Source of the DNA: Chiloscyllium plagiosum
Lineage: Eukaryota
Direction of reading: 5' to 3'
Assembly: GCF_004010195.1 (NCBI RefSeq)
Contig: NC_057751.1
Coordinates: 19,621,994 to 19,685,993 of the forward strand
Length of the DNA stretch: 64,000 bases
Each line of letters opens with the position of its first letter. Within the stretch, counting starts at the first letter, position 1. The notes under the pieces were generated by a model. That model was not told the DNA's origin, did not search any database, and worked only from the letters and a program-made list of their open reading frames with translations. Below, piece after piece: positions 38,600 through 52,441 of the stretch. Both the position numbers and the translations under genes were made by a program.

Positions 38600-39020
38600 T
38601 GGCCTGTTGTGTTTGCTAGCTCTCTGCAGGAGTAATTCACATGGTCACCTCCCATGTCATTTTCCCTGTGGATTTGCTTTTCTTCTTTTCACAATTATCA
38701 CTTTCATTTTGATAACTATATAATTAAATCTGAATCTACCACACTCAGGCAGTGAATTCCAGATCCAAACCACTCACTGTAAAAAAAATTTTTCCTTATA
38801 TTGCATTTGGTTCTTTTGTCAATCACCCTTAAATTTGGTGTTTTCTGGTTCATGATCTTTCCACCAATAGGAAATCTCTCCTTTATTTACTCTGTACTGA
38901 CCTCTCATGATTTTGAATACCCCTATCAAATCTTCCCTTAACTATCTTTCTGTAAACCCCAGCTTCTCTATTCCATCTACATAACTGAAGTTCCTCATCT
39001 CTGGAATCATTCTTGCTAGG
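38600..39020 (-). mobile_element. Old CR1 3' fragment (similar remnants at 7010-7232 +, 8125-8192 +, 9240-9365 +, 37705-37870 -, 52895-53170 -)
   Basis: gacctctcatgattttgaatacccctatcaaatc (DLIGVFKIMRG on the minus strand). Confidence 0.6.
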
Positions 39021-39811
39021 TGAAAGGTAGTGGTTGCAGGACACGTGTAACTTTAGTGGTGCAGTGGTTTGAGTTATTGAACTAGTAATTGAGTTCAAAT
39101 CCCATTTTAACAGTCTGGGAATCTGAGTTAAGTTTTAAAATCTAAAAACAAAAACTAGGATTAGTAAAACTGAAACATAAGAATGAGGAGTGGGAATAGG
39201 CCAATTGGCTCTTTGAGTATACTCCACTATTCAATAAGATCATGGCTTCTCTGTTGTATTCCCATCTCCTCCCAAAACCTATGCCACTGTATTAAAATCG
39301 ATCTACCTCCACCTTAAAAATTCAATGATCCCATCTTCTTTGGTAATGAGTTCCAGAATTGTACAACCCTGAGATAAGTAATTTTTCCACATTTTGGTCC
39401 TAAAAGGGTGACCTCTAATTTTGAAGGAATGCCCCTAGTTCTGGCCTTAGCCATAAGAGGAAATATAATTTCTACATCCATGTTGTCAGACCCTTCAATA
39501 TACTGTGTATTTCAATCAAGTCACCCTCACACTTCTAAACTCCAATGAAAACCAGTCCAGTCTTTCCTCATTAGCCAACCTACTTATTCCAGGTATTGAT
39601 CTAGTGAACCTTCTCTGAATCATCTCCAACACATTTACATGATTCCTTAAGGAGACCAAAACTGTACACTGTATTCAAGATGTGGTCTCACCAATGTCCT
39701 GTATATATTGTAAAACATGAGGCCCCAGCACAAATCTCTGCAGGACGTCAATCTTCTATCCTTAATACGTTATCCCTTTTACTTTGTGCAATAACTTTGT
39801 GTGGCACTTTT

Positions 39812-40121
39812 TTTTAGATTAGATTACTTAGTGTGGAAACAGGCCCTTTGGCCCAACAAGTCCACACCGACCCTCCGAAGAGCAACCCACCCAGACCCAT
39901 TCCCCTACATTTACCCTTCACCTAACACTATGGGTAATTTAGCATGACCAATTCACCTAACCTGCACATTTTTGGACTGTGGGAGGAAACCGGAGCACCT
40001 GGAGGAAACCCACACAAACACGCGGAGACTGTGCAAACTCCACACAGACAGTTGCCCGAGGTGGGAATTGAACCCGGGTCTCTGGCGCTGTGAGGCAACA
40101 GTGCTAGCCACCGTGCCGCCC
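39812..40121 (-). mobile_element. HE1-like V-SINE, full length
   Basis: tRNA head ggcggcacggtggctagcac..gggttcaattcc, V-domain gtgtggagtttgca..ggtttcctccaggtgctccggtttcctcccacagtccaaa, CR1-like tail and (TCTAA)n. Confidence 0.88.
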
Positions 40122-40283
40122 ACATCCATGTTGTCAGACCCTTCAATGTACTTTGTTGAATGACTTCTAGAAATCAAAGTACAGTATGTCAACACACTGC
40201 CCCATTATCTAGAGAACTCCAATAAATTGATTAAACGTTACTTCCCTTTTAACAAAATCATGCTGACTCTTCCCAATAACCTT

Positions 40284-40413
40284 ATACTCCACAACCACCT
40301 GATGAAGGAGCAGTGCTCCGAAAGCTAGTGCTTCCAAATAAATCTGTTGGACTATAACCTGGTGTTGTGATTTTTAATTTTATACACCCCAGTCCAACAC
40401 CAGCATTTCCAAA
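40284..40413 (+). mobile_element. 130-bp Penelope-like mini-element
   Basis: 13-bp TSD tcccaataacctt at 40271-40283 and 40414-40426. Inserted in an old CR1; hammerhead core near the 5' end. Confidence 0.75.
40293..40333 (+). ncRNA. Minimal type-I hammerhead ribozyme, second family
   Basis: aacCAC-CTGATGA-A-GGAGC(AGT)GCTCC-GAAA-GCTA^-GTGctt: palindromic AGCT helix III and CUA triplet. Confidence 0.7.
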
Positions 40414-42309
40414 TCCCAATAACCTTGTTCTTCTGAGTGTCCACTATGATCTCCTTAACGAGCAGTTCTGACACCTTTCTCACAATAGTCATCAAGCTAA
40501 CTGGTCTGTAGTTACTGGTTTTCTGCTTCCCTCCTTTTAAATGGAGGGGACATATTTATGCTACTTTTCAGTCTGATGGAACCTTCCCAGACTATCTCTA
40601 ATTTTGGAAAATTAGCATCAATGCATTTACTGCATTGAGCCAAGGATGAAGTCCATCAGGACCTGGGGAACTTGTCAGCTTGCAGCTCAGTAATGCTTCC
40701 TTGGTGATTGTAATTTCAACAAGTTCCTCTTTTCTTTCTACCTCTTGATTTACAGCTATTACTGGGATGAATTTTGTATCCTCTATAGTAAAAACAGAAG
40801 CAAAATATTTGTTCATTTCATTCACTATTGCCTTCTAATCTATTATTAACTCTCCATTCTCACTCACTAAAGGACTAACTCGCTTTATTTACACTTTTTC
40901 TTTAGTAAGAATTTCTACATGTATTTACTATCTATTGTTTACACTTCTAGCCAGCGCCCTGTCATACTCAGAGGTTGATCAGAAAGAAGAAATTAAAGTC
41001 ATTCTCTGCCATTCTTTCTATTCTGGCCAATCATCCAACTTGCTACTCATCTTTTGCACAGTTATGTTTTTTTCTTAAGTTTTTGCTTATTCTGAAATAT
41101 TGCTTTAATTATCTGCTACAGCTTCTCTATTGATCTATCTCCTAGCCTATTATTGCATTTCACTTTGGTAGCTCAGCTCTCAAGCCTATATAGTGGCTTT
41201 TATTTAAATTTGAAATACTAATCTTAGATCCACTCTTCTCCCTTTCAAACAGGATGTAAAATGCAATCCTATGTTGGTTGCAACTGTTGAGAGGCTCCTT
41301 AACTCTGAGGTCATTATACAATACAGAGTCCAATATAACCTGCTCTCTGGTTGGTTCCAGATATGTAGTTCTAAGAAGCTACCTCAGAATCATTCAATGA
41401 ACTCCTCCTCATCCAGGCTACCATTGCTAATCTAATATTCTAGTTATATGCAGATTAAAGTCACCCATGATTATTGCTGTCCCTTTATCACAAGCACCCA
41501 GTATACATTGTGGTTACTATAAGAGAGTCTGTAGACCACTTCCCCTAGTGACCTATTATTCCTCATCTCCACCCAAATCAGTTTTACATCCTGATTTCCT
41601 GAATCAAGGTCACCTCTAACTACTGCACTGATTAACAGTGCTACCTCTCCCTTTTTACCAGCTTTGAATGTCTTATATCCCTTAATATTCAGGTCCACTC
41701 CTTGTCATTCTGCAGCTGCATCTCTGTAATGGCTATCATATTTATCTATTCCAATGTGTGCTACGTGCAGTCAGATTCGGAGTGTTTAGTTTTGTCTTTT
41801 GTTATCTTTGTAACATCTGTTAGTCTCTCTAACCTCTCTGGTTATTCTCTGATTTTCATTTCTTGTATTACTATGTTGCTGTCTTGCTTCAACTCTACCT
41901 TTTAACTATAACTATCCAAGTTTAAAACCTCCTCTGCTTCCTTCATTATGTGTACATCAGTGCCAACAGGCCAGGTGCCAGTGTCCCACTGGAAACCACT
42001 TCTCGCACATATATCTTTGAGCTAAGCATTCATTACTCTCTTATTTGCCTGATATGAATTTGAACATGGCTCCATAATCTAAAGATTATTTCCTGTTTGA
42101 GGTTGTGTTTTGTATTTTAGTGCCCATCTTTTCATACTTCCTCAGCAGAACCTCTTTCCTAGGTCTACCTCTGCTTACTGGTATCAACATGAGCCTGGAC
42201 AACTGGATCCTTCCCCTCTCACTGCAAGTTCTTTTCCAACCCAGAGCAGATATCCTGAACCTGGCTACTGGACACAGCACAGCTGTCTGGACTTGCCCTC
42301 TTTGTTGCA

Positions 42310-43555
42310 GTGAACAACTGGGCCATCAAGCAGCACCTGTTCAGCAATAATCTGCTCACTGATGCCAGGTTTAGGTTCCATCAGGGCCACTCAGCTCCTG
42401 ACTTTATTTGCAGCCTTTGTTCAAATAGGGACAAAAGAGCTGAATTCCAGAGGGAAAGTGAAAGTGACAGCAAGGCTGCATTTGACTGTGTGTGGCATCA
42501 AGGAGCCAAGCAAAACTTGAATTCACTGGGAATCAGGGAAAACTCTGCATTGTTTGGAATCATATCTGGCACAAGGGAAAGTGGCTGTGATTTTTAGAGA
42601 TCAGTCATCTCCACTCTAGGGCATCTCTGCAGGAGTTTCTCAGTCATGTCCTAGGTCAACCTCATTAGCATTATTTAGTGATATTCCCTTTCTGATAAAG
42701 TCAGAAGTGGGAATGTTCGCTGATAATTGCACAATGTTCAGCACCATTCGTGACTCCTCAGATACTGAGGCAGTCCATTTCCAAATGCGTCAAGACCTGG
42801 ACAATATGTAGGCTTGGGCCGACAAGGAGAAAGTAATATTCATGCCATGCACACGTCAAGGAATGACCATCTCCAACAAGAGGGAATTTAACAATTACCC
42901 TTTGACATTCAGTGGCATTACCATCAGTGAATCCCCTGTTATCAACATCTTGGGATTACCATTGACCAGAAACTCAACTGGACTAACCATATAAATAGTG
43001 GCCTCAATAGAAAATCAGAGGCTAGGAATACTGCAATGTATAAGCCACCTCCTGATTCTACGAAGCCTATCTACCATCTACAAGAAATAAGTCAGGAGTG
43101 TGATGGAATGCTCCCCACTTGCCTAGATGGGTACAGCTTCATCAACATCCAAGACAAAGCACCACATCCACAAACATACGCTCCCTCCAACACCAACATT
43201 CAATAGCAGCAGCATTGTGTACCATCTACAAGATCTACTACAGAAATTCACCAAACATCCTTGGCAATTGTAGGTTTGGATGGTACTGTTGATCATCTAG
43301 AAGGCCATGGGCAGCAGATACATGGGAACCCTACCACCTCCAAGTTTCAAACAGTGCCATTCCTTCAGTGTTGCTGGGTCAAAATCCTGGAACTCTTGAA
43401 TAACTTTGTGAGTCTACTTCTGGGTATACAGACTGCAAAGGTTCAAGAAGGCAGCTGACCATCATCATCATCACCTCAAGAGCAACTAGGGATGGGCAAT
43501 AAATGCTAGCCTGGCCAGTGGATGCCCATGTCTCATGAGTGAGATGAAAGAAAAA
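42310..43555 (+). mobile_element. RT-3' fragment of the same LINE family nested in an old CR1
   Basis: atgttcgctgataattgc (MFADNC, RT catalytic motif) at ~42713; 3' tail at 43480-43555. Confidence 0.8.
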
Positions 43556-44799
43556 TGTCAAACACCCTCCTTATGCTGAACCTGACTAAGGCTATGTTCC
43601 TTTTTGCTCCTCCTACTTGAATGGCTTTCTTTGTCCATGGTACCTTTGTCAGTTAGGTCTTTTCAGCTTGGTTGGATGGAAGTGTAGGTTTCACAATAGA
43701 TGACCTAAAACTTTTTGGACAGTTACAAAACCAGAGGCTCCTGCGTTCCTGTCTGCTGGGTACCCTTGCCTGCATCACGCGCAGTCACACCCTCCTGTCC
43801 CTGACCACTGGCCAAATCCGATGATCCCATCCTAAGGGGTGTGGTTGCCTCCTGGAATAAAGTATTCAGGTGACTTCCCCTCCCTGATGTACAGTGTCTG
43901 CAGCTCTGAATTCAACCCACTGACTGACGTTCCTGAAACTGCAGATGGATTTATCCTTAATCATGCTGGCATCCAGAAGTTCAAGCATCTTGTAGTCACA
44001 GCACATCACCTGCACTGCTAGCTTTATTGTGTTAATTAATAAACATTAATTAAATGGCTGGGAATTGTAAATTTCACCAGTGCAGATAAAGATCTTACAA
44101 TTACTAATAGTTATGCTGGTTGTAGGTTGGTAATCATATATACAGTCCCAAACAGCAGTTACTCATAGACGCATTATCTCTCTGTTGTGGCTTAATTTTT
44201 TTTTTCCCCCAATCAGATGTTCTCCAGAAGGAGAAGCTCCAGGCCGAGGCCTCCTTTTATCTTCTGCTGTCTCATCTCTCTGCTGTCTTGAAGCTAAAGG
44301 GCTGGGTCCCAGAACCTGCGCCTCCACCTGTTCTCTGTTGCTGCTTGCTGCTGTCTTGAAACTCTGCAATTGCTCTCCAATTGTCTTTAATATCCAACTG
44401 GCCTCATTATTGTTTTTATTTTAGTAAAGGAAATCTGCAACTTTACCCAAGGCCAACATGGTTAACTCTTATCTGTCTGCTGCAGTGGCCAAGCAGCCTG
44501 TATATTTGCATCATTTCAAAAGCTACCATATTTCTGAGCACCTGAGATGAACCTTCTGCCAGTGCCCACATCTTGCAAATGGATACTTTTTTAAAAATCT
44601 CACTGGATGGACAATATTGTGGGCGAGAAAATGCACATAAACACTTTGCAACACTCTGCAAAAAGAGCAAAGAACAGCTTCAGGAAACCACTAATTTTTC
44701 AGTTCAGGTATTCTCAAAACAGCTTAAAGCAAATTACTCTTCCCTAGCGACTGATTTTCTTTTCCTTTTAGTTATGAGAATTTTGTTAGTTTATTCATG

Positions 44800-45157
44800 A
44801 AGAAATTCACTAAGGTTCTCTAGAGAGCACCTTGCAAATGCATGACCACTTCTATCCAGAAGGACTCGTGCAGTAGATGCATGGGAACACAATCACCTAA
44901 ATGTTCTCCTCTGGCGACTTGGCTAGAGGAGAACTTGGAAATATCACTGACTTGGAAATATCACTGCTTCATCAGTGTCACTGGATCAGAAGCCTGGTTC
45001 AGCTTCCCTAACTATATTGTGGGTGGCCCTACACTAAATAGACTGCAGCAGTTCAAGAAGGCAGCTCACCACTGTCTTCCCAAAGACAACTAGAGATGGC
45101 CACTAAGTACTGGCCAACCCAGTGAAGCCCAGGTCTCATGAATAATTAAAAAAAGAA
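44800..45157 (+). mobile_element. 3' end of the same LINE family
   Basis: cagttcaagaaggcagctcaccac...caactagagatggc...catgaataattaaaaaa. Confidence 0.7.
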
Positions 45158-46375
45158 ACTTTCCTCCCTGAATTACCTGAGAGACTCAATACATTTGCTA
45201 TTGACATTATCCTAGCGTATAAAGGGACCTGATAATTTCACAACATGGAATTAGGTCATGTAGCAACAAAGCAGCAGCGTGTTACCTTGCTTGATCTATC
45301 CCTCATTAAAATCAATATTTTCATACCATTTAATGTTTTCAATATGTAAATAACCACTCCTCACCCCACCATCTTATTTCATTTTCTCTCCACTGTTGAA
45401 AACACCCAGTTGCTTAGGTGTAGTTCCATGTGTGTTCTTCATTACCCTGCCCCTTTGTATTGCTCAACTATCAGACTGCAAGGACAGATCACATGGACAT
45501 TTGCTAGCAGGCTTCATTCAAATCTGATCAGAAGTGAGAACATGTTTTTTTTTAAGTGTTTTGTCTTGGCCTGAAGCTATATTACCTATATTACTGAGAT
45601 CTGCTAACATGGCACATACTAAGGATCAAAACTGGAACCTACTGATGTACAATTACTTCCAGAATCATCTAGCGAAGTCCTGATGTCAAGTTAAAGGTGC
45701 TAGCATCATGTCTACGTGCAATAGTCATGGTTCAGTGGGGCTTGACACATTGGGTAATACAAATGTAATTGTATAGCACAGCACACCTATGAGTTGAATT
45801 TTTTTTAAATAATTGTACCTTACTGGAGGTGCAAGTTGTGTAGAGTTTATTCTAATAATACTGGAGGAAAAAACCTTTCCTTGTGCCAATTTCTGCGGTC
45901 TGTAAGAATCATACTGTTCGGATAGCAGTCTGGACAGGTTGTGTTCCAAACTCTCTGATTAATAATAATGGACTATAGTTCTCTTTATTAGTTAAAAAGC
46001 CACATAGACTTTTTCACTAAACACAAGTGGAGGGAATGGGCACTGCCTGTCTTTAGCTATGCTCTTGTAGAGGTTTGTGAATGGTAAAATGCTCCCTATA
46101 AGGAAGACATTTGAAAAAAATTAAGCTCAAACTCTTCTCATTCTACCTTTATAACAGTCAGCTCAACAATAGCATTGACAGAAGTTGTTTGTTTGTCCAC
46201 ACCAAGGAATGATGTGTGATACAACTGCCCTCCACATGAGAATTTCTTGAAGTGAATCTAGCAGACTGCGAGTTAAAATTATTTACAGACATATTTTGAA
46301 GTCAGGATGGTTGCTGCCATTTGGAAAGGGGTGGAAAAACATGGATTGTAATACCTCTGTCTCCCTCTTGTTTAG

Positions 46376-46586
46376 AGCTAGTTCTGAGAATGGCCCAAGT
46401 CCTCCCACTGACCTCCAAGACTTCTTCAGCAAGATTTTCCAGGGTGCTGGACCTCAAACAGCGAATGGGAGCTTCTTTGGCCCTCCGCAGCCAAGGTCCA
46501 ATAGTCAGCCCAAAGCAGAGGCTGCACAAAGAACCGAAACAAAGCAAAAGCGGAGGAAGAAGGTGCGACGAACATTCCCACGCTGA
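46376..46586 (+). CDS. DNAJC14: DNAJC14 last coding exon
   Basis: tgtttag|ASSENGPSPPTDLQDFFSKIFQG...KQKRRKKVRRTFPR*, the typical basic C-terminus. Summed CDS is 2514 nt = 837 aa + stop. Confidence 0.93.
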
Positions 46587-46682
46587 GCCTTAAAGTGCAA
46601 AAACAAACCTCAGCGATTACCTCGGTCAGCTTGATGGCAACCTGACTGAGGACAACCATGATTCTAGAGTAGAGCAAAGACA

Positions 46683-46688
46683 AATAAA
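46683..46688 (+). terminator. Proximal candidate poly(A) signal of DNAJC14
   Basis: First AATAAA ~100 nt after the stop. Distal alternatives at 48693 and ~49078. Confidence 0.3.
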
Positions 46689-49600
46689 AGTCCTCTTTTA
46701 TTGAATTGTATGAATACATTTGGACTGTACCTTTTTAACATTTTAATTTGAATGTACAATAGCAACTAAGGTGATCTTGAGAACTTTACTTTTTAACTTG
46801 AATTAAATAGTAAAGAATTAATTTCTGGTTTCAACAAAATGAATATAACCCAATAGGTGACTTTTTAAAATGCTTTATTCACTCCAATGTTATGATTTTT
46901 TTCTTTGGGGGTGGGGGGGGGGGGCAGCAGTGGTTCTGGTGGTCTTACCTCCTGAGTTCATAAGTTCTCCTAATCATTTTTAATGGGGAAAACTCTGTAT
47001 TGCAGAAAAAATAGAGTAAAACGGTATGTTTGTCTGATGGCCTAATTTCCACCAGAAGACAGAGCACATTTACAAACAAAGGAAGAAACCAGAAAATAAT
47101 TTAAGTGTAAAATTGAGCACATTTATTGTGGTTTGGGAGATCAGATACAATTTCTTTTGTAACTTTAAAAAATTAAAATTTACTGGAAATCATACACAAT
47201 CTTCTAAACAGAAAATAAGAACCTTTGGTTAATAACTACCATAAAAAGTAAGATTGACTTGTGCTCCTTTTTAGTCCTTTAATGTCTTGCATTTCATTCT
47301 CTTCTCTCACTCCCGTTCTTTCTGTGTACCTCAATCTTCTACAATGATGATAATGTCTTACACAGTAATGAAACACATACCGATCAGTAACAAGAGTAAT
47401 ATATTTTATGGATGTGTGCAGAAATCTTAATATGACTGGAACACCATGAGTATGAAATGCTTTGCAACACAAGCTTTAATTCAACCCACTAATACAAAGT
47501 AACCGTAGCATCATCTGTGTTCACAGCTCCATGGCTGGGACTGACAAGAGGACATTTGAGTAATCAGCACTGTAAACCTTTATCAGTACTTGAAAATTTA
47601 ACCAGCTTTTTCTGGGAATCAAGCCAAAAATTCTCCAATTAATAGTAATGGAGTTCAAAGTTTGTTATATGTTATAAAAATGCCCACCTAGAAAATGATT
47701 TTTGTTTAGCCATCAAAATCTATATACCACGTATAAGATTTCCTATCAGTTCCCAGTCAGTAGAACATTTGATTTAAACAAATGCTTACTGTTTACCTTT
47801 CTGGCACTGCACAGACTAGGGACAAGACTGAGATTGAACAAGAGAATACAGGTAGCCTACGAGAGCAGGTGTATGTTCCATAGAGTGAGCTACAGTCCTG
47901 CTTTCTACATATTCGATCTGTGTTGTGAATTTTCAAGTTTTATCTGTACAGTATGCCTGTGATGCTAAATTACCACCTTGTGATCATTGACCAATCTGGT
48001 GAACGAGGATCTCTGCATTGGAGCCAGTTGATTGTATATCTGAACATCCTGAGTTTCAAAAGGTGGTCTCAGTCAGTATCTCAAACACTCCATTCAAATT
48101 ACAGAAACCCCATTTAACATAAAGTTAAACTTGGAGAGTTGTACTTGTAGGAGGCATGTGCTTTAGTATCGTCATGGTTATAGTCACACATTATTTAGAA
48201 TCTTTGATAGGTGCAGTTTCAGTGCCGTGGGCAAAGCAGAATCCATGGTGGAAGAAGTAGAATACGTTGGTGGGAGTGGAGCTATGGGACAGCATTGTGA
48301 GAATCTTTGAAGAGGAATGATTTGAGAGAAGGTGCTAATTGGAGGGGTTTAGGGAAATTTAATAGCATTGAAGGACATGGGCTTTTGTTGAATGGGAGAG
48401 GTACTCGTAAACATGGAGGTAAAGAGAAGGATGGTTAATGTAGAGCTGGGATGAAGAAAGGCTTAAGAAAGCAGAATAGTATACTTTGTAGTCCAGATGA
48501 GTTTGGGTGGGGGATTCTTAAAAAAACAGGTGGTAATTTGGTATGGTGGAGATCAGGGAGGGGACAGTCTTTGGAATTTGGGAAATGCACTTGAACAAGT
48601 GCATTGAAACAAAATAATTCAAACCTAATTATTAATCAGATAGTTCTTGCACACTGCTATAATTTTAAATTAAATGAAACAAATGCTAGTACAATAAAAT
48701 CTATTCAAACATTAGGAATAGACTTAATTGATGTTAACACAATATTAAATGCTTTAGCTAAAAATAAACAAAACTTTTACTATACACTTAGGTTTGAAAA
48801 GTAAAATTAACAACTTTAATGTTTTACACTGAAAATCTTTTACTCTATTTTTCTCTTTCACTTCTTCCTTTCTACAATCTATTTTGGAGGTGGGGACAAC
48901 ATTCTTTTGGCTGTAAACAGGTTACACAGGTATGTTGAACGTCAGCAGCTTGAAATCACATAACCTAAAAAGCGCAAAGCAATCTTAAAAGTGTTTCCTG
49001 ATAACAACTCGCTTCCCCCACCCCCAACATTTCTCAAGCACCTTAATGGTGCATGTACAAATCTGTGGCATTCCAAGAATAAAATGGTCTGTATATTGCC
49101 AAAGGCACATTTCACTGTGGTGTTGTCAGTTGTGGCAAAGAATTTAATGAAAGAATTATATTGGGAGTAATTTTATAAACATGTGCTAGGTCGACAACCT
49201 AAAGCATCAACTCTCATCCTCTCCATAAGTGCTGTCTGACACACTGTTTTCCTTCAGCATTTCTGTTTTTATTTCATCTTATGAAGTCTTAAATCACTCA
49301 TTTTGTTTCTGACCCTGAAAATTTTGACATAGGTTGCCCCTTTTAGATGAACTAAGATATTTAAGGTTGAACAGGTAATTTAAAATTGTTGACTTTTATG
49401 AAGATTGTTTGATGTAGAAGTTTGTAAGCAGTTATTCACAAGGTTCTGCTGACCATTACCTGTGAGTATTGTTGAAGTTAGAGCTAATTTTAAGGTGACA
49501 ATCGACAAATTTAAAGTTGTGTAATTTGGTGGGTTCACAGATTGGACCTTTGTTCATTTGATTTGAAAAGGCTGTAGATCCCAACACAAATCTTTTGTTG

Positions 49601-50551
49601 GCCAGAACCTTTTCAGGAGTGAAAATAAAATGCAGATTGCATTACCAAAGTGTAGTTTATTTTTGTAAAGGAGTGTACTTTTAAAAATGGTATTAAGAAT
49701 TTTGTATCTTTATATCTCAACTATACCTTACCTTCCATTCTTTTACAGTAAAGAACTCTCATTTATGTACCACCTTTTATGATCACAGGCTGTTCCAAAG
49801 GACTTTACAGCTATTAAATACTTTAAAGTGTAGCAACTGGTGTAATTTAGGAAAAACAGCAGCCAATTTACACATAGTAAGCTCCCACAAACAGCAGTTA
49901 TATAGATATTAATTGTTTGCCAGGAGGAACCTACGCTCTTCAAAAAATATCTCATGGCACTATTATAGCCATCTGGGAGGATATATGGGCTTTGGTTTAA
50001 TCTGGCAAACCAACAACTAGGTCATCAGTTATTTGATTAATACAGAAGAGACACAAAAAGTTGTTAAAGATACATGCCTTCTACGGTCATATATAATTTC
50101 CTACTGGACACCCTAACCATGCAGATGGTTAGTCTGTCAGTATTTCATTCCAGTTACATGCAATAAAGGTGGTGGGCTTGAGAAGTCATGCCAAAATGAA
50201 ATCCATTTTTCAAGGTTTGTACCCATCTCTGTTTAATAATCCTAAATGTAATAGGAGTTAAAATCCCAGCTGAAATGTGCCTTTCGTTCCAAAGTTGAAT
50301 CATATTGGAGTCGAAATGTTAACTCTGTCTCTCTCTCCACGGATGCTGCCAGATCTGCTGAGTTTCTCCAACACTTTCTGCATTCACAGTATTTAGCTGA
50401 AATGCACTTTCGGTTGCTTTTGAACTCGTAAAATATTTGCAGCACTTTGCATTTTATTTTCAAAATAGATTTGCCTCAAATTATTTTTGTGTTTTTGCTG
50501 AGTAAAATTTCAGATTTTGCCAAATTTTTGCACTGTGAATGTGTGCATGTT

Positions 50552-50645
50552 GGTTGAGAGTGTGTTGCTGGAAAAGTAAGCAGGTCAGGCAGCATCCAAT
50601 GAGCAGGAGAATCGATATTTCAGGCCAGAGCCCTTAATCAGGAAT
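50552..50645 (-). mobile_element. Penelope-like mini-element, degenerate hammerhead
   Basis: Minus strand cattcctgattaagggctctggcctgaaatatcgattctcctgctc. Possible TSD gaatgtgtg at 50537 and 50642. Confidence 0.6.
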
Positions 50646-52435
50646 GTGTGTGTGTATTTCATTTAAAACATCCACGTCATCTGTGCAGAATAGATTTTTG
50701 GCCCAAAGCCTGGAAATGTAAGGACAGTGTTCTAACACTACCTTTAGTCCCTCAGCGCATTTGTTTTATTATTCTAATTTCCAATATTTGCACAGCAAGA
50801 TTCCACAGTTAACAGCATATAGTTAATCCGTCTGATGTTGACTGAGCAAGGAATGATGACCAGAAGAACTCCCTAGTTCTCATTCGTAGTGATCTGAGAT
50901 GATATTCGTCAGAAGAGGCTATAATTCAATATCTCATTTGTACTGGACAACCACCAATGCAACACTCCCTCATGAATGAATAGAGTGACTGAACTGTGAC
51001 CATGCGTTTAAAGCCTGGAGTGGGTCTTTAACGTGGGATCTTCAAACACAGAAGGCCAATTTGAGCTCTTTATTTCGTAAAAGTGTATTTATAGACCAAA
51101 CTTCATGACCTCCGATATCCTGAAGTGCTTTACAACCAATTAAGTGCTTTTGAAATTTGTCAGTGTAACTGCACAGCTAGATCCAACAGCAATGTGACAA
51201 TGGCAATGTAATCAGTTTTACTGATACTGACCAAGGGATAAGTGTTGCCCAGAGTCAGGGATCGAACTTCTTTGTTTCTTTTTAATTGAAGTAGTGCTGC
51301 GGGATCTTCATGCACCTTGGCAGTCAAATTGGAACTTGGTTTATTCTTTTATCTGAAAGATGACATCAGGAGAAGTGTGGAACTTTGAGCATTGGAATGT
51401 AAGTCTAAATATTTGTGTTCTAGTTTCTGGAATAGGATTGACCTTTTTAACTTCCAGAAAAGCATGATCTCCACCAAACCACAGCTGACAGCTTGGTTAA
51501 CTGATAACTACAGGTAATGGTTAAACTGAATGAACAGTTCACTTTTGTTAAGTAGATAAGATTACAAGTAATAAAAGTTACAAACCTGTAGTTCAGTGCT
51601 TCAAGACAGAGTAATTGAACAATTCCAGTTCACTTTTGCATTGCTTTGTGCTTCCAGACATTTGTCAATGCACTGGGACTAGCATTAGTTCAGTTTCTGG
51701 TTGCAATTCCAGTATTAAGGAAAAAGTGCACCTAACAATTTCATTTTGGAAGTACTGAAACTTTTCCATTCTTGAGACCCGATGTTGTGGACTCAGAGAT
51801 TAAGAATCCAGTCAAGATTGTATTAGCATTAACTCCTTTCAAACAACTCTCAACAAGAATTTGATTAATCCTTGGATCAATAGTTTCTAAGGTGCCATAT
51901 AGTCATAGGTGGACAATAGGCTTAGCACTGGACCTTTTCACCTTTGGAATGTGAATAATCAAGTTATGTACATTGGGTGGTGGTAGTTGAGATGTTGAAA
52001 TTTGAATACTACTTGTGCGTACAGTAATGTTAAAAGTCAAACACAATGACAAGGGCTATGATTTAAAGCATTACCAAGATCAAGGACCCCTCACTGTCAT
52101 ATCACTATATGCAACCCTTTTATACACTATCTCAAAGCTATGCTACTGCAATGCCAGAATGACTTTCTAAAGTGCAAGATAAAAGAATAGGACTCCCAAT
52201 TCAGTGAAAGTTTCAGAGAAGATTGCAAGGAGAGGTCAAGTAAGATCAAACAGCAGCTTTGCCATAGTTACAGATAGTAAGGTATGTGCCACGATGGGAG
52301 TGAGGAAGAAATCAGTTGGTTGGAATTTGCAAGGCACTATAGGTGGCAGCAGAGTTGACGTTTTGTGAATCTTTTCTAAATCTTTTACCTTAATTGCACA
52401 AACACTCCTCCACACCCTTATTGACGTAAACCTCT

Positions 52436-52441
52436 TTTAAT
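52436..52441 (-). terminator. Candidate ORMDL2 poly(A) signal
   Basis: Minus strand reads tgTGTAcaATTAAAagagg followed by GU-rich ggtgtggaggagtgtttgtg, ~270 nt after the stop. Confidence 0.5.

Larger units (their letters stand above)
39175..43990 (-). mobile_element. Old, highly degraded near-full-length CR1 hosting several nested insertions
   Basis: 3' tail at 39175; ORFs MNKYFASVFTIED..SPGPDGLHP (40598) and LNIKGYKTF..IWVEMRN (41471); ORF1-like remnants ~42050-42300 and 43560-43990. Confidence 0.7.

Noticed and set aside
39990-40121. tRNA gene-like A/B boxes (also 26540-26605, 36729-36760)
   Set aside because: These are SINE heads continuing into V/Deu/body domains; no complete cloverleaf or T-run terminator.
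48604-48804. 66-aa Asn/Lys/Ile-rich ORF that looks bacterial or organellar
   Set aside because: Non-ATG start; composition simply reflects very AT-rich 3'UTR/intergenic DNA; no recognisable motif.
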